Assembly (NCBI RefSeq): GCF_028715765.1
Contig: NZ_JAQURE010000006.1
Coordinates: 10,764 to 74,763 of the forward strand
From: Rhodoferax sp.
GTDB lineage: Bacteria; Pseudomonadota; Gammaproteobacteria; Burkholderiales; Burkholderiaceae_C
Direction of reading: 5' to 3'
DNA: 64,000 nucleotides
Both the position numbers and the translations under genes were made by a program. The notes beneath the pieces were generated by a model. That model was not told the DNA's origin. It saw nothing but the letters and a program-made list of their open reading frames with translations, and did no database searches. Below are positions 37,404 to 47,192 of the stretch, one piece after another (position 1 is the stretch's first letter; each line of letters opens with the position of its first letter).

Positions 37404-39716
37404 ATGTCTGCACCAACAACATCAAGCGCCAACGAATTGCGTGTGAAGACAGACCCACTTGGCACGCTGCAGCTGCTTGACGATGCGCAAGAGTGGAGTG
37501 CGTTCAGCCGGCCGGCTCAGCAACAACCAGGTTGCTGGGAATCCAATGTCTTGATTGAAGGCATGCATTGCGCTGCATGCGCTTTGACCATTGAAGATGC
37601 ACTCAAAGCGGTGCCCGGTGTGCTCAAGGCCGAGGTCAGTGCGGGCAGTCACCGTGCCAAAGTGGTCTGGGTAGAGCAGCAAGTGGCACCCTCGGGCTGG
37701 ATGCATGCCGTGCAAGATGCAGGCTACCGCGCGTTGCCAGCCAATGATGCCTTTGCGCGTGAGCGGCGCAAGGTGGAAGCGCGCAAAGCGTTGTGGCGAA
37801 TGATGGTGGCTGGGCTGTGCATGATGCAGGTCATGATGTATGCCTACCCCGCCTACACCGCCCAGCCGGGTGATTTGTCCGGCGAAATGGAGCAATTGCT
37901 TCGCTGGGCTTCTTGGGTATTGAGCTTGCCAGTTTTGCTGTTTTCTTGCGGACCGTTTTTCAAGAATGCTTGGCGTGATGTGCTTCACCGACGCGTGAGC
38001 ATGGACTTGCCTGTGGCATTGGGCATGTTGATCACATTTGCGGTCAGTACTGCAGGCACATTTGAGCCCACCGGCATGTTTGGGGCAGAGGTTTATTTCG
38101 ACTCTTTCACCATGTTTGTGTTTTTCTTGCTGACTGGTCGGTGGTTGGAATTGCGCTTGCGTGACAAGACGGCAGGTGCGCTGGATGCGCTCATGAATCG
38201 GCTTCCAGAGGGTGTTGACCGACTTAAAACTGATGGCAATTATGAGCGTGTGCCTGTGCGCAGACTGAAGGTGGATGATGTCATTCGGGTGTTGCCTGGT
38301 GAGGCGTTTGCGGCAGACGGTGTGGTGGTGCAAGGTGTCACCTCGGTGGATGAGTCTTTGTTGACCGGAGAGTCCAGGCCAATCTCTCGCGGTGTGGGGG
38401 ATGAAGTCATCTCAGGCAGTCACAATTTGTCTGCAAGGGTGCAAATCAAAGTCATGCAGGTGGGAGATGACACTCGATTTGCACAAATTGTGAAGCTGAT
38501 GGAGAGCGCATCCACCACAAAGCCTTCTCTTGCGCACTTGGCTGACACCATTGCCAAACCCTTTTTGATAGGAGTGTTGCTGGCCGCAGGGCTGGCCTGT
38601 GCCTATGGGTGGAGCACCGACCCTGAAAAAGCGTTGATGGTGGCTGTGTCAGTGTTGGTGGTGACCTGCCCCTGTGCGTTGTCTTTGGCCACACCGGCAG
38701 CCATGTTGTCTGCGGCCGGGGCATTGGCTGCACGCGGCGTCTTGGTGCGCCGACTGGATGCCTTTGAATCATTGGCTGCCATTGACACGGTGATGTTTGA
38801 TAAAACCGGCACGCTCACGCGCGATGCCATGGTGTTGGGGCGGATGCAGGTGAGGCAAGGGGTGAGTGAGCAACAGGCGTTGAGTGCGGCGGCTGCATTG
38901 GCAAGCCAGTCTTTGCATCCGGTGTCTAAAGCCATTGTGGCGGCGGCTCAATTGCAGCAATTGCAGCCACTTTGGCTAGTAACGCAAGTCACTGAGTTGG
39001 CCGGACAGGGCGTGAAAGGTGTTTTGCATGAAAGCACTTTTTCTGCTGATCCGCTGAGTGTTCGCCTGGGCTCGGCCAGTTTTTGTCATGTATCAGAACC
39101 TGTGACTGACACGCTTCGGGTCTACCTGGCCGATCAGAATGGTTGGTTAGCCAGTTTTGAGTTGCAAGAAGACATCCGTCAAGATGCGGCGCAAACAGTG
39201 GCAGATTTAAAGCGCCATGGGATAGCCGTGCACTTGCTTTCAGGTGATGCCAGCGACGCTGCAGCAAGGGTGGCGGCCAGCGTTGGCATCACTGAAGTGC
39301 GTGGACATTGCTCACCACAAGAAAAACTTGATTTTCTTAAAAACGCGCAGTTGCAGGGCAGAAAAGTGGCGGTGGTGGGAGACGGCTTGAATGATGGACC
39401 GGTGTTGGCTGGTGCACATGCTTCTTTTGCATTTGGTCAGGCTGTGCCACTGGCACAAGCCCAGGCCGATTTTTTGGTGCCAAGCGGCCGTCTGACGCAT
39501 GTGCTGGATGCCTATTTACTGTCAAAACGCACGTTGGCGGTGGTTCGACAAAACTTGACTTGGGCAGCCGTTTACAACTCGGTTTGTGTGCCATTGGCAG
39601 TGCTCGGTTGGCTACCCGCTTGGGCTGCGGGTTTGGGCATGGCCAGCAGTTCATTGCTGGTGGTGCTCAATGCTTTGAGATTGTCGAAACAAACACAATT
39701 TGATCGGGATTTTTGA
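37404..39716 (+). CDS. ccoI: Copper-translocating P1B-type ATPase for cbb3 oxidase maturation (CcoI/FixI)
   Basis: Has the GMHCAACA metal-binding domain, the CPC transmembrane motif (VTCPCAL), the DKTGTLT phosphorylation site and the GDGLNDGP hinge. ccoS follows. ATG at 37404; the track start at 37374 is TTG. Confidence 0.85.
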   Translation: MSAPTTSSANELRVKTDPLGTLQLLDDAQEWSAFSRPAQQQPGCWESNVLIEGMHCAACALTIEDALKAVPGVLKAEVSAGSHRAKVVWVEQQVAPSGWMHAVQDAGYRALPANDAFARERRKVEARKALWRMMVAGLCMMQVMMYAYPAYTAQPGDLSGEMEQLLRWASWVLSLPVLLFSCGPFFKNAWRDVLHRRVSMDLPVALGMLITFAVSTAGTFEPTGMFGAEVYFDSFTMFVFFLLTGRWLELRLRDKTAGALDALMNRLPEGVDRLKTDGNYERVPVRRLKVDDVIRVLPGEAFAADGVVVQGVTSVDESLLTGESRPISRGVGDEVISGSHNLSARVQIKVMQVGDDTRFAQIVKLMESASTTKPSLAHLADTIAKPFLIGVLLAAGLACAYGWSTDPEKALMVAVSVLVVTCPCALSLATPAAMLSAAGALAARGVLVRRLDAFESLAAIDTVMFDKTGTLTRDAMVLGRMQVRQGVSEQQALSAAAALASQSLHPVSKAIVAAAQLQQLQPLWLVTQVTELAGQGVKGVLHESTFSADPLSVRLGSASFCHVSEPVTDTLRVYLADQNGWLASFELQEDIRQDAAQTVADLKRHGIAVHLLSGDASDAAARVAASVGITEVRGHCSPQEKLDFLKNAQLQGRKVAVVGDGLNDGPVLAGAHASFAFGQAVPLAQAQADFLVPSGRLTHVLDAYLLSKRTLAVVRQNLTWAAVYNSVCVPLAVLGWLPAWAAGLGMASSSLLVVLNALRLSKQTQFDRDF

Positions 39717-39853
39717 TGGACATTCTTTACATGCTTGTGCCGCTGTCAGTGGTATTGGTTTTCTTTATCATCGGTGGCGTGTGGTGGGCAATCGACAGTG
39801 GACAATTTGATGATTTGGAGCAAGAGGGCGAGCGAATTCTTAAGGATGGATAA
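39716..39853 (+). CDS. ccoS: cbb3 oxidase maturation protein CcoS/FixS (45 aa, absent from the >=60-aa ORF track)
   Basis: Translated by hand as MDILYMLVPLSVVLVFFIIGGVWWAIDSGQFDDLEQEGERILKDG. The SGQFDDLE motif is typical of CcoS. Its ATG overlaps the ccoI TGA. Confidence 0.8.
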   Translation: MDILYMLVPLSVVLVFFIIGGVWWAIDSGQFDDLEQEGERILKDG

Positions 39854-39870
39854 GAATTTTCGCGGCTGAT

Positions 39871-39884
39871 TTGATTTGTATCAA
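39871..39884. promoter_or_regulatory. Consensus FNR/Anr box TTGATTTGTATCAA upstream of ccoN
   Basis: A perfect TTGAT-N4-ATCAA palindrome centred about 65 nt upstream of the ccoN ATG. Confidence 0.8.
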
Positions 39885-39942
39885 ATGGTGACACAGTGGC
39901 ATCATGCACACTTGTAAGGTCTAACTTTAAAACGAGGTGAAT

Positions 39943-41385
39943 ATGGCATTTTCAAATTCGCAGGCAACAACTTACAACGACAAGGTTGTAAGGCAGTTTG
40001 CCATCATGACTGTGGTTTGGGGGGTGGTCGGCATGCTGGTCGGCGTAATCATTGCCGCCCAGCTGGCTTGGCCGGAGCTCAATATGGGCATCTCATTTTT
40101 GTCATTTGGTCGATTGCGCCCTTTGCACACCAATGCCGTGATTTTTGCCTTTGGTGGTTGCGGTTTGTTTGCCACTTCTTACTACGTAGTTCAGCGAACT
40201 TGCCAAGTACGTTTGTTCAGCGATAAGTTGGCCGCATTCACTTTTTGGGCTTGGCAGTTGGTTATTTTGTCTGCTGCGGTTTCGTTGCCTATGGGTTTTA
40301 CTGAAAGTAAGGAATACGCCGAGTTGGAATGGCCTATTGACATCCTGATCACAGTGGTTTGGGTGGCTTACGCAATCAACTTTTTTGGCACCGTCGGAAC
40401 ACGAAAAGTTAAGCACATTTATGTGGCGAATTGGTTCTTTGGCGCTTTTATTCTTGCCGTGGCTTTGTTGCACATTGTCAATAGTGCAGCTATTCCTGTT
40501 GGTCTTATGAGCATGAAGTCTTATTCAGCTTACGCCGGTGTGCAAGATGCCATGGTTCAATGGTGGTACGGACACAATGCAGTGGGTTTCTTTTTGACTG
40601 CAGGCTTTTTGGGCATGATGTATTACTTCATTCCTAAGCAAGCGGGTCGACCGGTTTACTCTTACCGTCTGTCCATTGTTCACTTTTGGGCATTGATCTT
40701 TACTTACATGTGGGCGGGGCCTCACCATTTGCACTACACCGCTCTGCCTGACTGGACTCAGTCTATTGGTATGGTGTTTTCTTTGATTTTGTTGGCACCG
40801 AGTTGGGGTGGCATGATCAACGGCATCATGACCTTGTCTGGCGCATGGCACAAACTCCGTGATGACCCTATTTTGCGTTTCTTGATTGTGTCGTTGTCCT
40901 TCTACGGTATGTCTACCTTCGAAGGCCCCATGATGGCAATCAAGACAGTGAACGCTTTGTCTCACTACACTGACTGGACAGTGGGTCACGTTCACTCAGG
41001 CGCTTTGGGTTGGGTTGGGTTGGTCACCATGGGCTCCATGTACTACCTCATTCCACGTCTGTTTGGTCAAAAGGCAATGTTCAGCGTGAAAGCCATCGAG
41101 GTTCATTTCTACATGGCAACCATTGGTATTGTGTTGTACATCGCTGCGTTGTGGATTGCCGGTGTCATGCAAGGTTTGATGTGGAGGTCTATCAATGCAG
41201 ATGGTACTTTGACATACACCTTTGTGGAATCGGTCAAGGCCAGCTATCCCTTCTATGTGCTTCGCTTGGCTGGTGGTTTGTTGTATCTCTCTGGCATGAT
41301 CATCATGCTGTGGAACACAATCAAAACCGCTACTGCTGGACGCTCTGTCACAGTCAACATCCCAGCTGTTGCTGCTCACGCTTGA
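39943..41385 (+). CDS. ccoN: cbb3-type cytochrome c oxidase subunit I
   Basis: 480 aa polytopic haem-copper oxidase with HNAVGFF, HHLHYT and [17 protein letters not shown] histidine ligand blocks. A GAGG RBS precedes the ATG at 39943. Confidence 0.95.
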   Translation: MAFSNSQATTYNDKVVRQFAIMTVVWGVVGMLVGVIIAAQLAWPELNMGISFLSFGRLRPLHTNAVIFAFGGCGLFATSYYVVQRTCQVRLFSDKLAAFTFWAWQLVILSAAVSLPMGFTESKEYAELEWPIDILITVVWVAYAINFFGTVGTRKVKHIYVANWFFGAFILAVALLHIVNSAAIPVGLMSMKSYSAYAGVQDAMVQWWYGHNAVGFFLTAGFLGMMYYFIPKQAGRPVYSYRLSIVHFWALIFTYMWAGPHHLHYTALPDWTQSIGMVFSLILLAPSWGGMINGIMTLSGAWHKLRDDPILRFLIVSLSFYGMSTFEGPMMAIKTVNALSHYTDWTVGHVHSGALGWVGLVTMGSMYYLIPRLFGQKAMFSVKAIEVHFYMATIGIVLYIAALWIAGVMQGLMWRSINADGTLTYTFVESVKASYPFYVLRLAGGLLYLSGMIIMLWNTIKTATAGRSVTVNIPAVAAHA

Positions 41386-41396
41386 GGTAAATCACT

Positions 41397-42023
41397 ATGT
41401 CTACATCTAATCAAAGCGGCGGTCTGTCGCACGCCACCATTGAGACCAACAACGGTCTGATGATTGTGCTGATGCTTATCGTGTTGTTGTTTGGTGGGTT
41501 GGTTGAAATCGTGCCTTTGTTTTTTCAAAAATCAACCACGATTCCTGCACCTGGTCTGAAACCTTACACATCGTTGCAGCTTGCTGGTCGCGACATTTAC
41601 ACGCGTGAGGGTTGCTACAACTGTCACTCACAAATGATTCGTCCATTCCGTGCTGAAACTTTGCGTTATGGCCCCTACTCCAAGGCCAATGAGTTTGTGT
41701 ATGACCACCCGTTTCAATGGGGTAGCAAGCGCACAGGTCCAGACCTGCACCGTGTTGGTGGTAAATACAGTGACCAGTGGCAAATTACTCACTTGAATAA
41801 CCCGCGTGATTTGGTGCCTGAGTCGATCATGCCAGCCTATCCATGGTTGATGAACACGCCAGTTGACGCTGCCACGATGCCATCACACATGACAGCTTTG
41901 CGCAAAGTGGGTGTGCCTTACACGGATGCTGAAATTGCAGCTTCTGTTGAAGAGCTCAAAGGCAAGACCGAAATGGAGGCTGTCGTGGCTTACCTGCAGG
42001 TTTTGGGAACTACATCAAAATAA
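41397..42023 (+). CDS. ccoO: cbb3-type cytochrome c oxidase subunit II (monohaem)
   Basis: 208 aa with an N-terminal transmembrane anchor and [12 protein letters not shown] (CxxCH). Confidence 0.95.
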   Translation: MSTSNQSGGLSHATIETNNGLMIVLMLIVLLFGGLVEIVPLFFQKSTTIPAPGLKPYTSLQLAGRDIYTREGCYNCHSQMIRPFRAETLRYGPYSKANEFVYDHPFQWGSKRTGPDLHRVGGKYSDQWQITHLNNPRDLVPESIMPAYPWLMNTPVDAATMPSHMTALRKVGVPYTDAEIAASVEELKGKTEMEAVVAYLQVLGTTSK

Positions 42024-42036
42024 ACAGGAGACATTC

Positions 42037-42180
42037 ATGGAGTTTGATGTCAACACACTTCGTTCTGTGTCTACATTGGTGAGCTTTGTTAGTTTTATTG
42101 GCATTATTGTTTGGGCTTTTTCCCGAAAAAATTCTGCTGACTTTGATAAAGCTGCCAATTTGCCATTTGAGCAAGATTGA
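42037..42180 (+). CDS. ccoQ: cbb3-type cytochrome c oxidase subunit IV (CcoQ), 47 aa
   Basis: Internal ATG at 42037 preceded by the CAGGAGA RBS. Translation is MEFDVNTLRSVSTLVSFVSFIGIIVWAFSRKNSADFDKAANLPFEQD, with a single transmembrane segment. Its position between ccoO and ccoP fits. Confidence 0.7.
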   Translation: MEFDVNTLRSVSTLVSFVSFIGIIVWAFSRKNSADFDKAANLPFEQD

Positions 42181-42204
42181 CCCTCTCACCTGATTGGAAA
42201 AAAA

Positions 42205-43104
42205 ATGAGTGATTTCACTAGTAATTTTTGGGAAATATACATTTCCGGCATTTCATTGGTTGGCATCATTGCTTGCTTGGTCTTGTTGATCATCACTGGG
42301 AAAATGAAAGCTTCCACAGCGGCGGACAACACGACTGGTCACGTGTGGGATGGTGACCTGCGTGAAATGAACAACCCGCTGCCACGGTGGTGGAGTTTCA
42401 TGTTTGTGTTTACTGTTATTTTTGCATTGGCTTACCTCGTGTTGTATCCCGGGTTAGGTAGCAACAAAGGCACTTTAGGCTGGACTTCTGCAAAACTGCA
42501 TGCGGATGAAGTTGCAAAGGGAAATGCTGAAATTGCACCGATTTATGCCAAGTTCATGTCAATGAAACCTGAAGAGGTGGCCAAAGATGCGCAAGCGATG
42601 GCAATTGGTGAGCGGTTGTATGGCAACAATTGTGCGCAATGCCACGCATCCGATGCACGCGGTAACAAAGGTTTCCCCAACTTAACTGATGGTGATTGGC
42701 TCCACGGCGGCACCCCAGAGAAAATCAAAGAAACCATTACGGGTGGTCGAAATGGCAACATGCCACCGATGGCGGCAGCTGTAGGCACTGCTGAAGATGT
42801 TAAAAACGTAGCTCAATACGTCTTGAGTCTCTCTGGTAGCCCACATGACTCAGCTCGTGCAGCACTTGGTCAAGAAAAATTTGCAGTCTGTGCAGCCTGC
42901 CATGGTGCAGATGGCAAGGGGATGCAAGTGGTGGGTTCTGCTAATCTGACTGACAACATTTGGTTGCATGGTTTTGGAGAAAAAGCCATTCTTGAAATGG
43001 TCAACAATGGCAAAGTGAATGTAATGCCCGCTCAAGGTCAGCGTTTGACTGAAGCTCAAATTCACGTGTTGACTTCTTACATTTGGGGTTTGTCAAACAA
43101 ATAA
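42205..43104 (+). CDS. ccoP: cbb3-type cytochrome c oxidase subunit III (dihaem)
   Basis: 299 aa with an N-terminal transmembrane segment and two CxxCH motifs (CAQCH, CAACH). Confidence 0.93.
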   Translation: MSDFTSNFWEIYISGISLVGIIACLVLLIITGKMKASTAADNTTGHVWDGDLREMNNPLPRWWSFMFVFTVIFALAYLVLYPGLGSNKGTLGWTSAKLHADEVAKGNAEIAPIYAKFMSMKPEEVAKDAQAMAIGERLYGNNCAQCHASDARGNKGFPNLTDGDWLHGGTPEKIKETITGGRNGNMPPMAAAVGTAEDVKNVAQYVLSLSGSPHDSARAALGQEKFAVCAACHGADGKGMQVVGSANLTDNIWLHGFGEKAILEMVNNGKVNVMPAQGQRLTEAQIHVLTSYIWGLSNK

Positions 43105-43121
43105 TTTTGTTTTGACTGGTT

Positions 43122-43161
43122 AAAGACTTGGTCTCGCGAAAGCTGAGATCAGGTCTTTTTT
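43122..43161 (+). terminator. Putative rho-independent terminator after ccoP
   Basis: An 11-bp stem (GACTTGGTCTC / GAGATCAGGTC, including 2 G-U pairs) followed by TTTTTT. Confidence 0.55.
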
Positions 43162-43183
43162 CGTTTTTATCATTGGAGATGTT

Positions 43184-44623
43184 GTGACCAACAAAGATTC
43201 ATCTGAGAAAAAAATCATTCCCATCACACCCATAGAGGATGATAGGGAGACGATTGCCATGTATGCGCCTGAAAAAAAAATCTATCCACGCAGCGTATCA
43301 GGTTATTTTTCTAATATCAGATGGATCATGGTTTGGGTGACACAAATCATTTTTTATGGTTTACCTTGGTTGGCGTGGGGGCAGCGTCAGGCCGTTTTGT
43401 TTGATTTGGGTACGCGTCGTTTTTACATTTTTGGTTTGGTTTTATACCCACAAGATTTGATTTATTTCGCATCGTTATTGATCATTTCAGCTTTTTCATT
43501 ATTTTTATTTACTGCTGTAGCTGGTCGTTTGTGGTGTGGATATTCATGCCCGCAAACTGTCTACACTGAAATTTTTCTTTGGATAGAAAAACAAGTTTGT
43601 GGGGATCGATCAGCGCACATGCGCAACGATGCTGAATCCTGGTCATTTAAGAAAATATCGCGAAAAGGACTCAAACATTTTCTTTGGATTTCTTTTTCTT
43701 TGTACACCGGGTTTACTTTTGTAGGGTACTTCACACCCATCAAAGAGCTTACTATTGAAATCTATCAGTTAAATTTAGGTGCATGGGAAGTTTTTTGGGT
43801 GTTCTTTTACGGACTCGCAACTTACGGCAATGCTGGTTTTTTGCGTGAACAAATTTGCAAACACATGTGCCCTTATGCACGGTTTCAAAGTGCCATGTTT
43901 GACAAAGATACGCTGGTAGTGGCGTATGACCTAGCACGCGGCGACCCAAGAGGTGCTCGTTCACGGAAGGCTGATCCTGCGCAATTGAATTTAGGTTCCT
44001 GTGTTGATTGCAATTTGTGTGTTCAGGTGTGTCCAACTGGCATTGATATCAGAAACGGCTTGCAGTACGAGTGTATTGGTTGCGGTGCTTGCGCTGATGT
44101 TTGTGACACTGTGATGGACAAAATGGGTTATGAGCGTGGTTTAATTAAATACGCTACTGAAAACTCCATGTTGAGTGGTTGGTCTAAACAGCAAATTTGG
44201 AAAAGAATCTTCAGACCTAGAGTTTTGATTTATACCGGGCTACTGGCGCTTATCGTCGGTGGATTAATTTACAGCTTGAATGATCGCAAGCCTTTCAAAG
44301 TGGATGTTGTTCGCGACCGTGGTGTAATGGCACGGGTTGTTGAAGGCGGGAAAATCGAAAATGTTTACAGATTGCAGATCATGAACGCAACCGAACAAAT
44401 CCAGCATTACAGCGTGACAGTATCTGGTTTGGATGGTTTAGAAGTCGTTTCAGACAATCATTTGGAAGTCGGTCCAGCTGAATCGCGTTGGATGGTGTTG
44501 CGTGCATTGTTGCCAGCAGATGCCGCAGAACCTGGCTCACATAGAATCAAATTCCGTATTTTTTCGATTGACATGGAAGATCATGATTCCGAAAAATCTA
44601 CATTTATCGTCCCGAGAAACTAA
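43184..44623 (+). CDS. ccoG: cbb3 oxidase assembly ferredoxin-like membrane protein CcoG/FixG
   Basis: 479 aa with the CGYSCPQ motif and two 4Fe-4S ferredoxin motifs (CVDCNLCVQVCP, CIGCGACADVCD). GTG start at 43184 after GGAG. Confidence 0.9.
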   Translation: MTNKDSSEKKIIPITPIEDDRETIAMYAPEKKIYPRSVSGYFSNIRWIMVWVTQIIFYGLPWLAWGQRQAVLFDLGTRRFYIFGLVLYPQDLIYFASLLIISAFSLFLFTAVAGRLWCGYSCPQTVYTEIFLWIEKQVCGDRSAHMRNDAESWSFKKISRKGLKHFLWISFSLYTGFTFVGYFTPIKELTIEIYQLNLGAWEVFWVFFYGLATYGNAGFLREQICKHMCPYARFQSAMFDKDTLVVAYDLARGDPRGARSRKADPAQLNLGSCVDCNLCVQVCPTGIDIRNGLQYECIGCGACADVCDTVMDKMGYERGLIKYATENSMLSGWSKQQIWKRIFRPRVLIYTGLLALIVGGLIYSLNDRKPFKVDVVRDRGVMARVVEGGKIENVYRLQIMNATEQIQHYSVTVSGLDGLEVVSDNHLEVGPAESRWMVLRALLPADAAEPGSHRIKFRIFSIDMEDHDSEKSTFIVPRN

Positions 44624-44643
44624 GAGAAACTAAGAGAAACTCA
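44614..44643. repeat. 10-bp tandem repeat x3 (GAGAAACTAA GAGAAACTAA GAGAAACTCA) at the ccoG stop / next-gene start
   Basis: Read directly from the sequence. The first unit contains the ccoG TAA and the last unit contains the ATG of the next ORF. Confidence 0.85.
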
Positions 44644-44924
44644 TGAGCATTTCAACCGAAACGATCAACGAATCATCTACTCCTTGGTGGAAGCATGGTT
44701 TCGTCTGGATGGTCATTGCCGGTCCTGCCATTGTGGTGGTAGCTAGTTTTGTGACCTATTATTTGGCGACGAGTCGCCCCAACGAGATTGTCAGCAATGA
44801 TGCCTACAAACCTCAAAGGCAATCTGATCAGAGCATTGAAGCTCGACGCAGGGAAAGTGGCGAAGCTCCTGCGCTAGAGGGTCGTAATCATGCGACCACT
44901 GGTGTGGTGCCAGTAACCAAATAG
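44643..44924 (+). CDS. Small membrane protein, FixH-like by N-terminus and position
   Basis: 93 aa with PWWKHGFVWMVIAGPAIVVVASFVTYYLA as a transmembrane segment. It follows ccoG, where fixH normally lies, but is much shorter than canonical FixH. Confidence 0.4.
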   Translation: MSISTETINESSTPWWKHGFVWMVIAGPAIVVVASFVTYYLATSRPNEIVSNDAYKPQRQSDQSIEARRRESGEAPALEGRNHATTGVVPVTK

Positions 44925-44933
44925 GATTTGAAC

Positions 44934-45644
44934 TTATCGTGGGTTGACAATGGCTTGCAAGGCATCGGTGTTGAGGATGTGAACATGCCTTTGCTTGACA
45001 TCTACCACGCCATCATCGACAAATTTTGAAAAAGTGCGACTGATGGTTTCTAGTTTCAGGCCTAAGTAGCTGCCAATTTCCTCACGGGTCATTCGCAAAA
45101 TAAGTTCAGATTGTGAAAAACCTCGCGCATGAAGTCTTTGAGCCAGATTCAAAAGGAAAGCAGCTAGGCGTTCTTCAGCGCGCATGCTACCCAGCAACAG
45201 CATGACACCATGCTCACGCACAATTTCACGACTCATGATTTTGTGAACATGGTGTTGCAGCGCGTTGACTTCTCTTGACAAATTTTCAATTTGTGCAAAA
45301 GGCATCGCGCAAATTTCACCGTCTTCAAGCGCAATGGCATCGCAGGTGTGGTGGTCATGGACTATGCCATCGAGTCCAATGATCTCACCGGCCATCTGGA
45401 AACCTGTCACCTGATCTCTTCCATCCTCAGAGGTGATGCAGGTTTTGAAAAAACCGGTTCGAATGGCATAAAGGTTAGTGAACCTATCGCCATTATGAAA
45501 AACTCGCTCGCCACGTTTGATTTTTCGACGTGAACCGATGATGTTGTCAATTCGATTGAGTTCTTCATTGGACAAGCCCACGGGCATGCAAATCTCTCGC
45601 ATGTTGCAGTCTGTACAGGCAATTTTGATCGTTTCATGGTTCAT
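44934..45644 (-). CDS. fnr: FNR/Anr-type oxygen-sensing Crp-family transcription regulator
   Basis: 236 aa with an N-terminal Cys cluster (C-x2-C-x5-C: CTDCNMREIC) plus a central Cys, a cNMP-binding-like fold, and a C-terminal HTH with E--SR (ETISRTF). Confidence 0.9.
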   Translation of the reverse strand: MNHETIKIACTDCNMREICMPVGLSNEELNRIDNIIGSRRKIKRGERVFHNGDRFTNLYAIRTGFFKTCITSEDGRDQVTGFQMAGEIIGLDGIVHDHHTCDAIALEDGEICAMPFAQIENLSREVNALQHHVHKIMSREIVREHGVMLLLGSMRAEERLAAFLLNLAQRLHARGFSQSELILRMTREEIGSYLGLKLETISRTFSKFVDDGVVDVKQRHVHILNTDALQAIVNPR

Positions 45645-45677
45645 GCTTTAGATTTTGACATTGTTTTTCAGCATCAT

Positions 45678-45691
45678 CTGATTTAAGTCAA
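45678..45691. promoter_or_regulatory. Degenerate FNR/Dnr-type box CTGATTTAAGTCAA close to the fnr start
   Basis: Centred about 40 nt upstream of the fnr ATG, a position compatible with autoregulation. It shares the 12-mer TGATTTAAGTCA with the site at 37313. Confidence 0.45.
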
Positions 45692-45719
45692 TTTTGCTTG
45701 GCTACATTTCTTGATTTAG

Positions 45720-45733
45720 TTGATTAAGATCAA
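45720..45733. promoter_or_regulatory. Consensus FNR/Anr box TTGATTAAGATCAA upstream of hemN
   Basis: A perfect TTGAT-N4-ATCAA centred about 59 nt upstream of the hemN ATG. Confidence 0.8.
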
Positions 45734-45785
45734 GACTCATATTTTGTCGTTTAGGCACAGTGATACGCATTGTTAAGGAACATTC

Positions 45786-47183
45786 ATGATCGAGAGTACA
45801 GCCGAGCCCATCTCTGAGAGTCTTATTCGACAGTACGATGTTTCCGGCCCCAGGTACACGTCTTATCCAACAGCAGACCGTTTTGTAGAAGCCTTCACCT
45901 CTGAGGACTACATTCAAGCGCTTGAGCAACGCCGCTCTGGGGCTGCTGCCATGGTGCTTCCGTTGTCGCTTTACATTCATATCCCGTTTTGCGAATCACT
46001 TTGCTATTACTGCGCTTGCAACAAAATCATCACCAAGCACCATGATCGCTCGGCCGCCTATTTGAAATATTTGGCGCTTGAGGTTGCTTTGCACACGAAG
46101 CACATGGGACTTGGTCAGGTGGTTTCGCAATTGCATTTGGGTGGAGGCTCTCCCACCTTCATGTCGGATGCTGAATTGTGCGAACTTATGGCGCTGCTCA
46201 AGCAAAACTTCAGTTTCACGCCAGGGGGCGAGTATTCGATAGAGATTGACCCTCGCACGATTGACGCCAACCGGTTAGACACTTTGGCAGACTTAGGCTT
46301 TAACCGTTTGAGCTTTGGCGTGCAAGACTTTGATCCGGCTGTTCAAAAAGCTGTCCACCGCGTGCAACCTGCCGAACAGGTTTTTGCGTTGGTCGATGCA
46401 GCTCGCCAGCGCGGATTCGAATCCATCAACGTTGATTTGATTTACGGTCTCCCAGAGCAAACACCAGAGTCGGTCAAGCGCACCCTCGCCCAAGTCAATC
46501 AACTCAGGCCAGATCGCATAGCGCTTTACGCCTATGCTCATCTGCCAGAGCGCTTCAAGCCTCAGCGCCGTATTTCATCCACAGAAATTCCTACGGCTTC
46601 TTCCAAAATCACCATGCTGGCTGACTCCATGTCGGCCTTGATGGATGCTGGGTATGTCTACATTGGCATGGATCATTTTGCGTTGCCAAATGATTCTTTG
46701 GCAGTTGCCAAACGCCAAGGGCGTTTACACCGAAATTTTCAGGGTTACAGCACCCAGCCAGATTGCGACATGATTGGGTTGGGCGTTTCATCCATTGGCC
46801 GTGTGGGTGCCACCTACAGCCAAAATGCCAAAACACTTGAAGATTATTACGACTACTTGGATCAAGGTTTGTTTCCGGTGGTAAAGGGTTTGGCATTGAC
46901 GCGTGATGATTTGGTTCGTAGAGCCGTCATCATGGCTTTGATGTGCCAAGGGCGAGTGTCTTTTAAGTCCATTGAGCTTGCTTATCTGGTCAATTTCAAA
47001 ACTTATTTCGCCAAAGAAATGGGTGTTTTGCAAGATCAAGTGAAAGAGGGTTTGATTGAGCTTGATGCCAGTGGCATCCAGGTCACGGCCAAAGGCTGGT
47101 TTTTTGTGCGGGCTGTTGCCATGGTGTTTGACCAATATTTTCAAACTGACCGTACCCGTGCCAGGTTCTCCAAAATTCTATAA
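45786..47183 (+). CDS. hemN: Oxygen-independent coproporphyrinogen III oxidase (radical SAM)
   Basis: 465 aa with GPRYTSYPTA, the radical-SAM CxxxCxxC motif (CESLCYYCAC) and GGGSPTF. Confidence 0.93.
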   Translation: MIESTAEPISESLIRQYDVSGPRYTSYPTADRFVEAFTSEDYIQALEQRRSGAAAMVLPLSLYIHIPFCESLCYYCACNKIITKHHDRSAAYLKYLALEVALHTKHMGLGQVVSQLHLGGGSPTFMSDAELCELMALLKQNFSFTPGGEYSIEIDPRTIDANRLDTLADLGFNRLSFGVQDFDPAVQKAVHRVQPAEQVFALVDAARQRGFESINVDLIYGLPEQTPESVKRTLAQVNQLRPDRIALYAYAHLPERFKPQRRISSTEIPTASSKITMLADSMSALMDAGYVYIGMDHFALPNDSLAVAKRQGRLHRNFQGYSTQPDCDMIGLGVSSIGRVGATYSQNAKTLEDYYDYLDQGLFPVVKGLALTRDDLVRRAVIMALMCQGRVSFKSIELAYLVNFKTYFAKEMGVLQDQVKEGLIELDASGIQVTAKGWFFVRAVAMVFDQYFQTDRTRARFSKIL

Positions 47184-47192
47184 GCCAAGGGT

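Noticed and set aside
44614-44643. Possible mini-CRISPR or other array at the ccoG 3' end.
   Set aside because: There are only three directly adjacent 10-bp units with no spacers, and no cas genes anywhere in the window. It is a simple tandem repeat.
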